In this document: positions 49,171-59,189 of the stretch, piece by piece
How the letters are laid out: the number at the start of each line of letters is the position of its first letter
Numbering within the stretch: position 1 is the stretch's first letter
NCBI GenBank assembly: GCA_027307045.1
Contig: DAHUXR010000006.1
Location: forward strand, 14,185 to 78,184
Source: Acidobacteriaceae bacterium
GTDB lineage: Bacteria > Acidobacteriota > Terriglobia > Terriglobales > Acidobacteriaceae
Direction of reading: 5' to 3'
Length of the DNA: 64,000 nt
The notes under the pieces: generated by a model
What the model was told of the DNA's origin: nothing
Seen by the model: only the letters and a program-made list of their open reading frames with translations
The model's database searches: none
Translations under genes and position numbers: made by a program

Positions 49171-51640
49171 GTTTGAATCTCCAATGCGGCCAATATGTTA
49201 ATTGAAATGACGCGGTGAAATCATTCTGTTTTTTTCCAGCGCTTAGTAACGGGAAATTCCAATATTCATACTGCAAAAAGGTTGTGAGAGAGAGCGTAGG
49301 AGACAATGCCCATTCTGACTTGGCATATATGTCTCTAAGATTTCCGCCCTGGAGAAACATGCTGTCCGCGATTTCACTGCGGTAGCCGAACTGGACCGTT
49401 TTATCCGCTGCGGCCCAATACGTGGTACTGGCGCGCAAGGAAATTCCCTGCCGGCCCACGGTGGCATCGCCCATGATGTTGCCTTTATTCGTGTAGCCAT
49501 CCAGGTAACGGTCATTCCAGTAGAAGAAGCCCCCGTTCAACGGCTGAATCAGTCCGGGAAGGTTGGTGTAAGAACCTTCCACGCGAAAATCCAGACGCTC
49601 CATGCCGGGAAAATGAGACAGATAAAGGCCGGGGGTGTGTGCGGCGCGGCGCGGATAGCCGATGGGCGAAATTTCGTCTTCGACAAAAGAATCGTCGTAG
49701 AGCGTCAACCAGTTTCTGAAACCGGGAAGGCGATACGTGAAATCGAAAGTGGAACGCCGGTCACCCGGATCGGAGCCGCGGCCAGCGCTATTGCCAGTGG
49801 AAAATAAAGAATGCTTGAGTGATGACGCCGTTATCGGAAAATCAGGGCCGCCAAACATCCCGGTACGTCCCACGCCAAACTCAAAATTGGGTGTGGGCTT
49901 GAAGTTGATCTTGAAACCGTTGACCAGCGGCTGCTGCGGCAAAGTCCGACCGAAAGAGAAAACTTCTCCAATTGTTGGATCCTGAGTGTTGTTCCAATGA
50001 GAGCCTGTCATTTTTCCAACCCAGTACTCGGTGCGGAACGGCCCCAGCAACTTTCCCAGAATCCATGGAAGTTTGGACGGATGCGTCTGGTCAACGCGGA
50101 GCATATAAAGAGGCTCAGCGTTGTTGCTCCAGAGAAAGGGATCCTGGGTGGGACTGAGCCAAAGAGTCTGCTTGCCAAATGAGGTTTGCCAGCCTTTGAT
50201 GTTCAGAGAAATGGATGCATCGATCAAGCGGAACTGGTTAAAAGCAGGAATTGCTGAAGCCGGCTGCGGGCCTTTCATGTCGGTAACTTGAATGGCATCC
50301 TGCACGGCCTGGGAATAACCGGCAGCTGAAGGAGCGTGCTCATATTCGCCACGGACTGAGAAAGCAAGCGCGCCGGCAACGCCGCTAGAAGAAAATCCGC
50401 CTAATCCGTTGGTGCCGCGCTGGTAGGGGCGGCCATCGTCATTCACGATGGTCTGCCCGAAGTGGTAACTATCGGTAAGAGGAGGACCGGAGATTGAGGT
50501 GGTGCGCGCATACACGGAGTCCAGACCGATAAAGTCAGTCGGTTCGTCTTTCAACTCCCGGGCGAATTCGCGGGCAAGAGAGGAGTAAAGCAGGGAAGCT
50601 TCATCGGGATTGGATTCATCCACCTCGCCGGAGATCTCTTCGAGCAGCCGGGAGCATTCATTGCGCGTCCATGGCCTGATCCCGACGATCCCGCTGTTGA
50701 GCACGCCCAGCGCGGCAAGGCGATCAAATGCGGGATACACCCAGCTATCAATAGGAACGTACGGTGAACCGCGCTCGGCGTGGGGAAACCCTTCAGGACT
50801 TGGATCGTGAGTAAATTTTCCGTAGCCCGCGCCCGGCAGCTCATGATTGTGGTGCGCTTTGTAGGCCTGCCATCCCATGAGCCATCCCATGGCGCTGCCA
50901 ACTACTACGTCGCTGGGGAAATGGTCGCGGCCGGCAACTCGGGCGGCGCTCACAGTTGTTGCGAGTCCATAGAATAAAATCTGCGAGAGCGGGCCGGGAT
51001 ATTCATGGGCCAAAGCGCTGGCGGCGGACCAAGCGAGCAGAGCGTGGGCCGAAGGAAAAGACGAATTAGCGATTGATGAACTGTTGAAGAACTCACCCTT
51101 GAAGTTACCGTCTGTGGGACGAGCGCGCTGGGTGACTGCCTTCAGTACTTCGCCGACGATCAGGCTATTGGTGGCGGCCTCAATGGCAATGATACCGGTC
51201 TCTTTTTTATGTTCGTCGCCAGTGTATTTGCCCAGCAGGTAAAGAGAGCCGCTCCCGCCCAGCAACAGAGCGACGCCACCATTGGAAACGGTGCTGGCAT
51301 GCTTGCCCAGAGTACTGGTCCCAGTGATCCTTGAGGAAAGCTCTGCATCTGCGTTAATCAGGCCAGCGCTTACGCCAGTGAGCGGCACGATCCAGTTCAA
51401 ATCCTGGATGCGGGCCTTGAAGGGACTGGTCCAGATATCTTTCTGGTCGCGGCCCAGGTTGCGCAGGAACTTTACCGGATTGTCGCTGGCATAGTGAGAG
51501 TCGTCACCACGCTGCGCGACTGGCGTAGGTGTTGGCGTTGGCGTGGAAGAAGCAGTCGACGAGCTATCACTCGACTGCCCCCATGTTGCCGTGGCTGAAA
51601 AAAAGACGATTAGTAAAAGAGCAAGCCTGCAATTTCCCAT
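49160..51640 (-). CDS. wzi: PAP2 domain-Wzi capsule assembly fusion protein
   Basis: K.VTQRARP, SFPSAH, ARV..RDHFPSDV (PAP2 motifs), then SPYVP..SWVY and a Wzi-like barrel. Confidence 0.8.
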   Translation of the reverse strand: MGNCRLALLLIVFFSATATWGQSSDSSSTASSTPTPTPTPVAQRGDDSHYASDNPVKFLRNLGRDQKDIWTSPFKARIQDLNWIVPLTGVSAGLINADAELSSRITGTSTLGKHASTVSNGGVALLLGGSGSLYLLGKYTGDEHKKETGIIAIEAATNSLIVGEVLKAVTQRARPTDGNFKGEFFNSSSIANSSFPSAHALLAWSAASALAHEYPGPLSQILFYGLATTVSAARVAGRDHFPSDVVVGSAMGWLMGWQAYKAHHNHELPGAGYGKFTHDPSPEGFPHAERGSPYVPIDSWVYPAFDRLAALGVLNSGIVGIRPWTRNECSRLLEEISGEVDESNPDEASLLYSSLAREFARELKDEPTDFIGLDSVYARTTSISGPPLTDSYHFGQTIVNDDGRPYQRGTNGLGGFSSSGVAGALAFSVRGEYEHAPSAAGYSQAVQDAIQVTDMKGPQPASAIPAFNQFRLIDASISLNIKGWQTSFGKQTLWLSPTQDPFLWSNNAEPLYMLRVDQTHPSKLPWILGKLLGPFRTEYWVGKMTGSHWNNTQDPTIGEVFSFGRTLPQQPLVNGFKINFKPTPNFEFGVGRTGMFGGPDFPITASSLKHSLFSTGNSAGRGSDPGDRRSTFDFTYRLPGFRNWLTLYDDSFVEDEISPIGYPRRAAHTPGLYLSHFPGMERLDFRVEGSYTNLPGLIQPLNGGFFYWNDRYLDGYTNKGNIMGDATVGRQGISLRASTTYWAAADKTVQFGYRSEIADSMFLQGGNLRDIYAKSEWALSPTLSLTTFLQYEYWNFPLLSAGKKQNDFTASFQLTYWPHWRFKRGS

Positions 51641-51661
51641 TCGGTCAACTCATTCTCTCAG

Positions 51662-54421
51662 TTAAAAAGTCCTGATAACGCTAACGGCAACGGCCGCGCC
51701 GGAAAGCAATGAAATTGTCTGGTTCAGGTTTTTGAAAATTCCCGTGCCTGCGCCCTTCTCAGGAACGAAAATGGTGTCGCCGGCTTGCAGGGTTGTGCCC
51801 AAAACATTGCCGGACCACCATTCTCCGGAACCGCGGCCTACCACTGTTCCGTTGGCGCGGACCACGAATATCTCTTTCTTATTGGCAAGCGTGGTTGGAC
51901 CGCCCGCCTGTTTGAGATACCAGCCAGCATGCTTGCCGGAGCTGAAAGTAATAGCGATGGGGTTATAAACCTGTCCCGCGACCATAACAAACGTCGGCCT
52001 CTTGGGAATATAGAGCGTATCACCGGCCCGGACTTCGACGTCCGCCTCCGTACCCTCCCACTTTTCAATTTGGGAGCTAACGTGAATTAACATCCGGCCA
52101 TTGGGTTGAAGCTGTTTCAGTTTGGCAAGCAGCTGCTGGCGTTCACGCTCCTGGGCGACAGCATTGCTGTTCCGTGAAGATGAAGAAGAGGATGAAGAGG
52201 CCGTTCCCCCGGGGGCGCCAATATTTTGCGCCTGGATCTGCGTCACCATCTCTTCACGGCTTTTGGCTGCGGCCTCGCGAACCTGGGCGCGGTCCAGAAT
52301 GGCGGCGTAGGGATAGGCTTCATTGGAAAATCCGCCCGCACGCTTGAGGATGGAGCTGAGATGTTCTCCGCGCTGGATTCCGTAGCGACCGGGGTGCATG
52401 ACCTCACCGCTAACAGACACGGCGCCGCCAATATCGTTCCAGCCGCCGATTTGCCGGATGGTAAGAACATCACCCGGTTTCAGCAGGACATCTGTATCGG
52501 CTTCGCCGGCCAGCGCGCGTCCGATGGGAATATTACGGTGATCCAAATCAACGTGATCGCCATCGATGACGGAATAGCTGGTGAGATCGGCTTCCTGCTG
52601 ATACGCAGAGCGCTTGAAACCGCCAGACATGCGCAGAAGGTCGGCAGCGGTCATTTTTTCCGAAAGCGGATATTCGCCGGGGCGCAAGACTTCGCCAAAG
52701 ATCGAAACTTTGGGCCCGTCAGTCTCATAGCGGCCAAAAATGCGAACAGTGTCAAAGGGCTCCAGACTGGGGGCTTCAATTTTTTTGGAAAGAACGGCGC
52801 GCAGGTTAAAAGGAATCACCACCGGAGTGAAGTCCGGAGGATGCAGGCGAACAATTTCCGCGCGGTCGGCCGGCTCGGGAAGGAGATCGTCATATGACGA
52901 TACAAGATCGGTGACTTTGTAGCCATCCTTAAAGGAAAACTTTCCGGGACGGAAGACATGTCCTTCAAGATAAACAGCGCGATTGCTGTACGGAAGAATG
53001 GGCAGGACGGTAACGATGTCGCCATCCTGAATGCGAAACCGTTTGAAGGCGTCATCGGCTGCCTGAATGCCGGCCCCGCCGGAGACGTTAACGCTCATCA
53101 TCTCTTTGCGTTCGTGGGCCTGAATACGCTCAACCCTGATGCGGCTCAGCTCTCCAGTAACGGGAACGCCGCCCGCCAAATCGAGGACCTGGTCCAGCGT
53201 TTGCTCTTTTCGAAGTTCATAAATTGCGGGCCGACGAACCTTTCCAGCCACGGTGACTTGCGGACCGATGGGCGGCACAAGAATGCTGTCACCAGATTCA
53301 AGGTGGACTTCAGCGGAACTCACGCCTTTCAACATAAGATCGTAAAGATCCACCTCCTCCACCAGGGCCTTGCCGCGATAATGTTTTACCGTGCGGTAGG
53401 ACCCGGTATCAGTGGGGCCGCCAGCGGCGATCAAGGCGCTTAAGGCCGTGGAGAGCGAACTGATGTCATAAGCGGCTGGATTCTTGACATCGCCCACGAC
53501 ATAGACGCGCACAGTACGCAGCTTGCCCAGGGTAACGTCCACTGAAATCCCACGCAGTTGATGGCTCAGCATCTTCTGAATGGTCTGCTGGACTTCACCA
53601 AGGGTACGCCCGGCAACAACAGTGGACCCGGCTTCAGGAATCGAGATGCGGCCTTCGCGGTCGACCGAACGCTGAATGTGTTGTGAAGATGTGCCCCAGT
53701 AATCGATGACCAGTTCATCGCCGGGACCGAGAATGTAGTCCGGACCAACGGGAACACTCAAAGTAGATTTATCCGCAACGGCGGCGCTATTACGAAAGAG
53801 AGCCGCGCCAAAGCGCTCCAGTTTTGTTTCGTCCACAGTGGCCTGCGTATAAAGATCACGCAAGGCCGGCAGGTTGCGGAAAGGATATTGTTCCTGCGTT
53901 GGGCCTTTTTCAGTCTTCGGCCTTCGCGGACGCGCTTGTCCATTCATTCCTTGCTGGCCGCCCTGCATTCCCTGCTGTCCGGCCGGACCCTGGCGCGGCA
54001 TAGTCCGCGGAAATGGTTGCTGCCCGCTTTGCTGGTTCGTTTGCTGGCCTGATGGTTGAGCTGAAGGAACAATCTGTTCATCGGGTGTCTGCTCGCCTTG
54101 CTGGGCGGGACCGAAGCCGCGCCTGGCCAGTTCATTGGCGGCAATCTGGCGCACACGGTCATCCGAGCGAATCTGGCTGAAAAGACGATCATCGGTGATG
54201 TCATTCTCAGAGACGTTATAGCCGCGGTCGCGCAGCTGCGCTACGATCTCCGCTTTTGCTTCAGCGAGAACATCTGGGTTTTGCTGGAGAATCTGGATGA
54301 TCTCCTCGGCCGAGAGATCATTATCCTGGGCAAAGGATTTTCCGGAAAGAACAATGCAGAACACTACGAGGGCCAACAAACAACCAAGCCGCATGCGGCT
54401 ACGAAAAAACGATAAGTTCAA
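51662..54421 (-). CDS. polysaccharide export protein with multiple SLBB domains (Wza/KpsD-like)
   Basis: DYILGPGD, VDREG.I, repeated V.GEV..PG.Y and AGG SLBB units. Confidence 0.9.
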   Translation of the reverse strand: MNLSFFRSRMRLGCLLALVVFCIVLSGKSFAQDNDLSAEEIIQILQQNPDVLAEAKAEIVAQLRDRGYNVSENDITDDRLFSQIRSDDRVRQIAANELARRGFGPAQQGEQTPDEQIVPSAQPSGQQTNQQSGQQPFPRTMPRQGPAGQQGMQGGQQGMNGQARPRRPKTEKGPTQEQYPFRNLPALRDLYTQATVDETKLERFGAALFRNSAAVADKSTLSVPVGPDYILGPGDELVIDYWGTSSQHIQRSVDREGRISIPEAGSTVVAGRTLGEVQQTIQKMLSHQLRGISVDVTLGKLRTVRVYVVGDVKNPAAYDISSLSTALSALIAAGGPTDTGSYRTVKHYRGKALVEEVDLYDLMLKGVSSAEVHLESGDSILVPPIGPQVTVAGKVRRPAIYELRKEQTLDQVLDLAGGVPVTGELSRIRVERIQAHERKEMMSVNVSGGAGIQAADDAFKRFRIQDGDIVTVLPILPYSNRAVYLEGHVFRPGKFSFKDGYKVTDLVSSYDDLLPEPADRAEIVRLHPPDFTPVVIPFNLRAVLSKKIEAPSLEPFDTVRIFGRYETDGPKVSIFGEVLRPGEYPLSEKMTAADLLRMSGGFKRSAYQQEADLTSYSVIDGDHVDLDHRNIPIGRALAGEADTDVLLKPGDVLTIRQIGGWNDIGGAVSVSGEVMHPGRYGIQRGEHLSSILKRAGGFSNEAYPYAAILDRAQVREAAAKSREEMVTQIQAQNIGAPGGTASSSSSSSSRNSNAVAQERERQQLLAKLKQLQPNGRMLIHVSSQIEKWEGTEADVEVRAGDTLYIPKRPTFVMVAGQVYNPIAITFSSGKHAGWYLKQAGGPTTLANKKEIFVVRANGTVVGRGSGEWWSGNVLGTTLQAGDTIFVPEKGAGTGIFKNLNQTISLLSGAAVAVSVIRTF

Positions 54422-54748
54422 GTCTCTTCCCCTTCAAAGGACAATAAAACAATACAAATCCGGCAAGTACGAGCGCGTAACCAGCTTACAGTGGAGCATC
54501 ACATTTTATTGTAAGTACAGGCGGAAGAATAGAAGCAAACCCCTATCTTTGTCCATTGCGTGAGCGGGCGAGCAGAGAGAGCAAGAATGTTTGATGCTGG
54601 AAAGGGCCAAATAATGCGGTCCAGCAACTCTGCCTGCGACATCTGCCTTCCCGGAACGTGCATCCCATATTTAACCGATAGGTATTGAGTGACTCACATT
54701 TTGTGGCCGGAAATCCCGGGCACGCAAGTTCACAAGGAGCAGCTTTCT

Positions 54749-55438
54749 ATGCGCAAGATTCTACTAGCGACATCAGTGTTTGCACTGTCAGTGGGTATTG
54801 CCACGGCACAAAGCACGGGCTCAGTTACACCAAGCCCAGCAACGCCAAGCACGACTACAAGCACATCCCAGGGCACCACCAGCACACAGCCTGGAACGAC
54901 CTCAACCGGAACCACTTCAACCACAGGTTCGGGTTCAATGGGGACACTGGAAACTTCGCAGCCCGGAAGCACAACCAGCGGAAATCCTTCAGTGACTCAG
55001 GGAACGCCGGGTGTTGCAGGCAGCGCAGGATCAGTAACGGGTGGAACGCAGGGTTCCACGCAGACCCAGACCGGGACTTCGGCAACGGTGGCGCCTTGCA
55101 CGCCTGCCAACAGCACTGGAACATCGACCACGGCGAGCAGCACGCCTTCAACCGGCAACACTTCCGCAACCGCGAATAGCGGGACCGGAAGTTCTACCAG
55201 CTCGACTACCGGGTCCAGCACGACCTCCACTGCATCAGCTTCGCGTCCGAGCGGGACGTCAACGACCGTTGCTACTGCCAATCCGTGCGAGCCGGGAAGC
55301 ACCACCACGCCGAGCAGCACGACGACGCCGAGCAGCACGACGACTCCGAGCAACTCGACTGTTCCCAGCAATCCTCCCGCACCGAGCGATATGGGAACCG
55401 GATCTTCAACTCAGCCCTCGAAACCGCCTCTTAACTAG
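54749..55438 (+). CDS. secreted Thr/Ser/Gly-rich low-complexity protein
   Basis: AAGGAG RBS, signal peptide MRKILLATSVFALSVGIATA, STTTPS x3, followed by a terminator. Confidence 0.78.
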   Translation: MRKILLATSVFALSVGIATAQSTGSVTPSPATPSTTTSTSQGTTSTQPGTTSTGTTSTTGSGSMGTLETSQPGSTTSGNPSVTQGTPGVAGSAGSVTGGTQGSTQTQTGTSATVAPCTPANSTGTSTTASSTPSTGNTSATANSGTGSSTSSTTGSSTTSTASASRPSGTSTTVATANPCEPGSTTTPSSTTTPSSTTTPSNSTVPSNPPAPSDMGTGSSTQPSKPPLN

Positions 55439-55461
55439 GCGATATCTCCGAAGTTGAAACC

Positions 55462-55488
55462 AAACGGCTGCTTTCGAGCAGCCGTTTT
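55462..55488 (+). terminator. intrinsic terminator
   Basis: aaacggctgct-TTCG-agcagccgtttt. Confidence 0.85.
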
Positions 55489-55528
55489 GCCTTTTTTAAA
55501 TGACGAACGAGCACTATAATCACGCACG

Positions 55529-56233
55529 ATGAATGCTCCCGCAGCCGCGCAGCAGGCACCTTCCTCTCCCAAACTTATTGCTCCCTTTTGGCATACGGCA
55601 TTGTTTCTGCTTGCGCTAGGCGTGATTGCGGCGTGGGGAGCGCATCGGCAAGGTTTGCCGACCTTTGGATCGTCGCGAGCAGTGAGCTATCTATTCACCA
55701 TGGCCTGGGAATGGCTGCTGTTTGCGCTGGCCGCCTGGGGAATAAGGCTGGGCGGAGGCTCAATTGAGAGCGTGATCGGCGAACGGTGGTCAACTGCAAA
55801 GCAATTCGGCCGTGACGTGGGAATCGGAGTCTTGTTTCTTGTGGGATCCAATATCCTTCTGGCAGGCTTGCAGGCGCTCTTGCGTCCCGGCCCAAATGCG
55901 AACATAGGCAGGCTGCTTCCCCGGAGCGCAACCGAAATCACGCTCTGGATATTTTTATCGCTTTCGGCTGGAATCTGCGAAGAATTCACTTTTCGCGGAT
56001 ATCTGCAGCAGCAGCTGAACGGCTGGCTGAAAAACGCGACGGCGGCTGTAATGATCCAGGGAGTGATCTTTGGCGCCGCTCACGCCTATCAGGGACTGAA
56101 GCTGGTATTGACGATTGTTGTGCTGGGTAGCCTTATAGGATGGCTGGCGCAATGGCGGAAAAGTACCAGGCCGGGAATGATCTCGCATTTTCTACAGGAT
56201 GCGATCGGAGGCATTGTCCTAGGACGACACTGA
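55529..56233 (+). CDS. CPBP family intramembrane glutamic endopeptidase (Abi/CAAX)
   Basis: EEFTFRG, FGAAHAYQ, H...D motif. Confidence 0.9.
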   Translation: MNAPAAAQQAPSSPKLIAPFWHTALFLLALGVIAAWGAHRQGLPTFGSSRAVSYLFTMAWEWLLFALAAWGIRLGGGSIESVIGERWSTAKQFGRDVGIGVLFLVGSNILLAGLQALLRPGPNANIGRLLPRSATEITLWIFLSLSAGICEEFTFRGYLQQQLNGWLKNATAAVMIQGVIFGAAHAYQGLKLVLTIVVLGSLIGWLAQWRKSTRPGMISHFLQDAIGGIVLGRH

Positions 56234-56355
56234 GCCGATTATGGATTTATTTTGGCCATCCACAGACCTGATACATTTTTGGGAGCGGCGGATTTTGCGG
56301 GAAATAAAAAAGAGCGGCGAAATGCGCGCCGCCGCCCTTTTTAAGGGGAGAAAAC

Positions 56356-56787
56356 TTATTTCTTCTTGAGCAGGAAGCCGGCCGCGAACATGGCCACGGC
56401 GCCAAGAAGCCACTCAATACGCCATAGCTGTACGGCCTGCCAGTCGAGCAGCGTGGTAGCGGTAAAGACAAAGCCGGTCACGATTGCGGCGATGACGCAG
56501 GCGAATCCCATGACCAGGGCGACCAATGAAGCATTGCTCTGCCCCAGCGCTTCACGCAGAGAGGCAAAGTCTATCCAGGCGCGCACACCAGTAACGGCAT
56601 TGGCCGCCAGATTGGCATGGCGGTCCGCACCGCAGACATAACAGAAACGCGATCCCAGAACAAAGTCCGTGCCACACTCCTGGCACACCTGATCTGTAGT
56701 TTCAGCCGCTGCTGCTTCGTGCCGCGGGGCTACCGCTGGTTTCCAGAACTCCTGACGTTCCTCATAATTTGGTGCCAGATGTGCCAT
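56356..56787 (-). CDS. zinc-ribbon membrane protein
   Basis: CQECG...FCYVCG followed by two TM helices. Confidence 0.7.
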   Translation of the reverse strand: MAHLAPNYEERQEFWKPAVAPRHEAAAAETTDQVCQECGTDFVLGSRFCYVCGADRHANLAANAVTGVRAWIDFASLREALGQSNASLVALVMGFACVIAAIVTGFVFTATTLLDWQAVQLWRIEWLLGAVAMFAAGFLLKKK

Positions 56788-56933
56788 TTAGCAAAACCCC
56801 AAAGTCTTACTGATGTAAGGGCAAATCTAGGGCCAAAGACGGAGGGAACGTAACCCTATGGGGGCCATCAACTTACAGTTTTAACCATGGCCGATAGGAC
56901 AATGTACCCGGAAAATCTTACGTTGTAAAAGGT

Positions 56934-57170
56934 TCAGGCTTCGCGACGCCGGGGCATCCGAAGGATCTTTGGATTGTCCCTGGTTTTGCTCCAAAAACCG
57001 AGTAACACCAGATCGGCTTCACAGAACGTAAGGTCCTGCGGGCGAGGGCTGCCGTCGTTGAATATGTACTCGTCCAGGAGCGTGTAAAGCTCGTTTAAGG
57101 GGATGTTGAGGTAGCCAGCGGCCTCGGGTTCCGTATAGAACTCTTTGACTGGCTTGAGCGGTCTGGTCAT
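56934..57170 (-). CDS. small hypothetical protein, possible MerR/Xis-like HTH
   Basis: KEFYTEPEAAGYLNIPLNELY pattern. Confidence 0.6.
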   Translation of the reverse strand: MTRPLKPVKEFYTEPEAAGYLNIPLNELYTLLDEYIFNDGSPRPQDLTFCEADLVLLGFWSKTRDNPKILRMPRRREA

Positions 57171-57530
57171 AATTTTGTCTTCCGTATCCTTATCGTTCGG
57201 GATGCGGGGGAGCAAGATGTTTGTACCGTGTCTAACCGGGCTAAGATATCAGGTAAACTGCCCGATAAGGGGCCACATGAAACCTTACCCGCTAAGGCCT
57301 TCCTTATTACCGAGGTAATCGCGTTTTTGAAGCGAGAAATCTCCTGCGTAGCCGCAGCCACGGCAAATAACCGGTAATTGCTTAAGGAGAGCCCCTGATT
57401 CCCCAAGCAAGCGGCAGAAATCCGGAGTTCTGCCAAACTTAAGCTCAGATTACTCCTATTGAACCGAAACGACCCGGAATACGTATCATGGTTAGAGCGG
57501 CCTGAAGGCGCTAAAAGCGAGGAGGGAAAT

Positions 57531-57851
57531 ATGTATTGCAATTACTGTGGCAAGGTAATCCCCGACGATTCAAACCTTTGCGCCTATTGCGGCAAGAGAG
57601 TAGCAGGCGTGATTGCCCGTGAGCGGCTGGTGCGTCCCCGCCAGGGCCGCAAGATTGCGGGTGTGTGCGCGGGACTTGCAGAATACTATGACCTGGACGC
57701 GACGCTGATCCGCATTGTGTGGGCCGTATGCGTGATATGCGGAGGAGTGGGTCTTTTGGCTTACATTGCCGCCTGGATCATCATTCCGGAAGAACCCTTG
57801 ATGCTGGCGGCAGCCCCGCCGGCTACGCAGGATCGAGTGGCGAACAGATAG
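57531..57851 (+). CDS. pspC: PspC domain protein with N-terminal zinc ribbon
   Basis: MYCNYCG...CAYCG, L.RPRQGRKIAGVCAGLAEY, AYIAAWIIIP; RBS GAGGAGG. Confidence 0.88.
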   Translation: MYCNYCGKVIPDDSNLCAYCGKRVAGVIARERLVRPRQGRKIAGVCAGLAEYYDLDATLIRIVWAVCVICGGVGLLAYIAAWIIIPEEPLMLAAAPPATQDRVANR

Positions 57852-57854
57852 AAC

Positions 57855-57880
57855 AAAAGCCACCCCGAACGCGGGTGGCT
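57855..57880 (-). terminator. intrinsic terminator between convergent genes
   Basis: aaaagccaccc-loop-gggtggct; U-tract on the minus strand. Confidence 0.65.
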
Positions 57881-57906
57881 GATGTGGTTATTCGAAATCC
57901 CTGAAT

Positions 57907-58968
57907 TTATCTCTTGCTGGCGACGTATGCCTGGGCCTGTTCCAGCATTTTGCGCGCCTTTTCACTATTCGGCCCTTGAGGATCTTTTTGCAGGTAGGCC
58001 TGCAACGCTGTCATGGCTTCAGGAAATTGCTTCAGGGCCAGAAGCGCATGGGCGCGCAGCAAGGAGATGAGCGGATAGTCCGCAGGAGCCAGACTTTGCG
58101 CCCGCTCCAACTGCCGCAGCGCATCAGGATAATCGGCCTTTCCGATATACGACTTTCCCATTTCAAAATAGCCCTGCCAAAAATTTGGGGCCAAAGACTG
58201 GCCGCGCTGGAGGCTGCGGATAGCTTCGTCAAACTTTCCTTGCATGTTTAACGCGGAACCCATGACCAGATAAGCCATGGGATAGTTGCCGTCAGCCTGG
58301 ATGGCCTTATCGACGTCTGCGATGGCGGCTTGAGAATCCTGCTGGTTCAGCGCCAGCACGCCGCGCAACGTAAGAGCCTCAGCATAATTCGGGCAGAGTT
58401 CCAGCGCCCTGGCAAGGTGCTTGTGAGCATCATCCATCTTGCCCTTTTCCACGGCCTCATGCGCCTTGCGATAGGCTTCACGCGCTTTTGCGGGAACACG
58501 ATACTGTGCGATTGAAATTGAACTACCTTCGACTCCGTCAGTGGGCTTGCCCGCGCCCTGCATGCGAACGTTTACGCTATTGGAGAAGTTGCTGGCGTCA
58601 ACACGCTCAGAAGCCTGCTGCAAGCCCGCAGTGGCAATGACAGTGTATGTTCCCGGTGAAAGACGGCTGAACTCAAAACGCCCGGACACACCGGTATACA
58701 TCGAGCCCACCACGACGCCATTTGCGTCCGAGAGCTCAACACGCACATCTTTCAAGCCGTTCCTTTGCGTATCCTGCACCGTGCCGCTGATAGAACGATT
58801 GTCCGCGTGCGCGGAGCTGAACGGGGAGTTGTTCCCTCTTATGCCCGCTTGATTGGAAAATGGCGATTGCGAGGGCAGCGATGGGTCCATGCCCATCCTT
58901 TGCGCTGAAAGACAAAGAGTGCAGCTTACAAATGCCAAAGAGAGAACGATCACCCGTGGGGTCTTCAT
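57907..58968 (-). CDS. carboxypeptidase-regulatory-like domain + TPR secreted protein
   Basis: Signal peptide, ISGTVQD...GRFEF..LSPGTY, C-terminal TPRs. Confidence 0.85.
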   Translation of the reverse strand: MKTPRVIVLSLAFVSCTLCLSAQRMGMDPSLPSQSPFSNQAGIRGNNSPFSSAHADNRSISGTVQDTQRNGLKDVRVELSDANGVVVGSMYTGVSGRFEFSRLSPGTYTVIATAGLQQASERVDASNFSNSVNVRMQGAGKPTDGVEGSSISIAQYRVPAKAREAYRKAHEAVEKGKMDDAHKHLARALELCPNYAEALTLRGVLALNQQDSQAAIADVDKAIQADGNYPMAYLVMGSALNMQGKFDEAIRSLQRGQSLAPNFWQGYFEMGKSYIGKADYPDALRQLERAQSLAPADYPLISLLRAHALLALKQFPEAMTALQAYLQKDPQGPNSEKARKMLEQAQAYVASKR

Positions 58969-59189
58969 AACAACCTGCTACATTTGAATTGTCACGAAGA
59001 GGAAATTCTGGAAAGGGGCCAGGGCCTGACCGGAGTGCCTCTTGTTGGCATCGCGCTTCCGCACGAATGCTGACAAATGAGAGTGTGTATGAAATATGAG
59101 AGTTGTATTTGAGTGAACATTCCACGAATAATATTTTTTGGCGCATACGGGCAACTTGAACGCAATTTTTTCGGGGAGAAAATATTTAG

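Noticed and set aside
55298..55351. CRISPR-like repeats
   Set aside because: In-frame 18-bp coding repeats without spacers; no cas genes in the window
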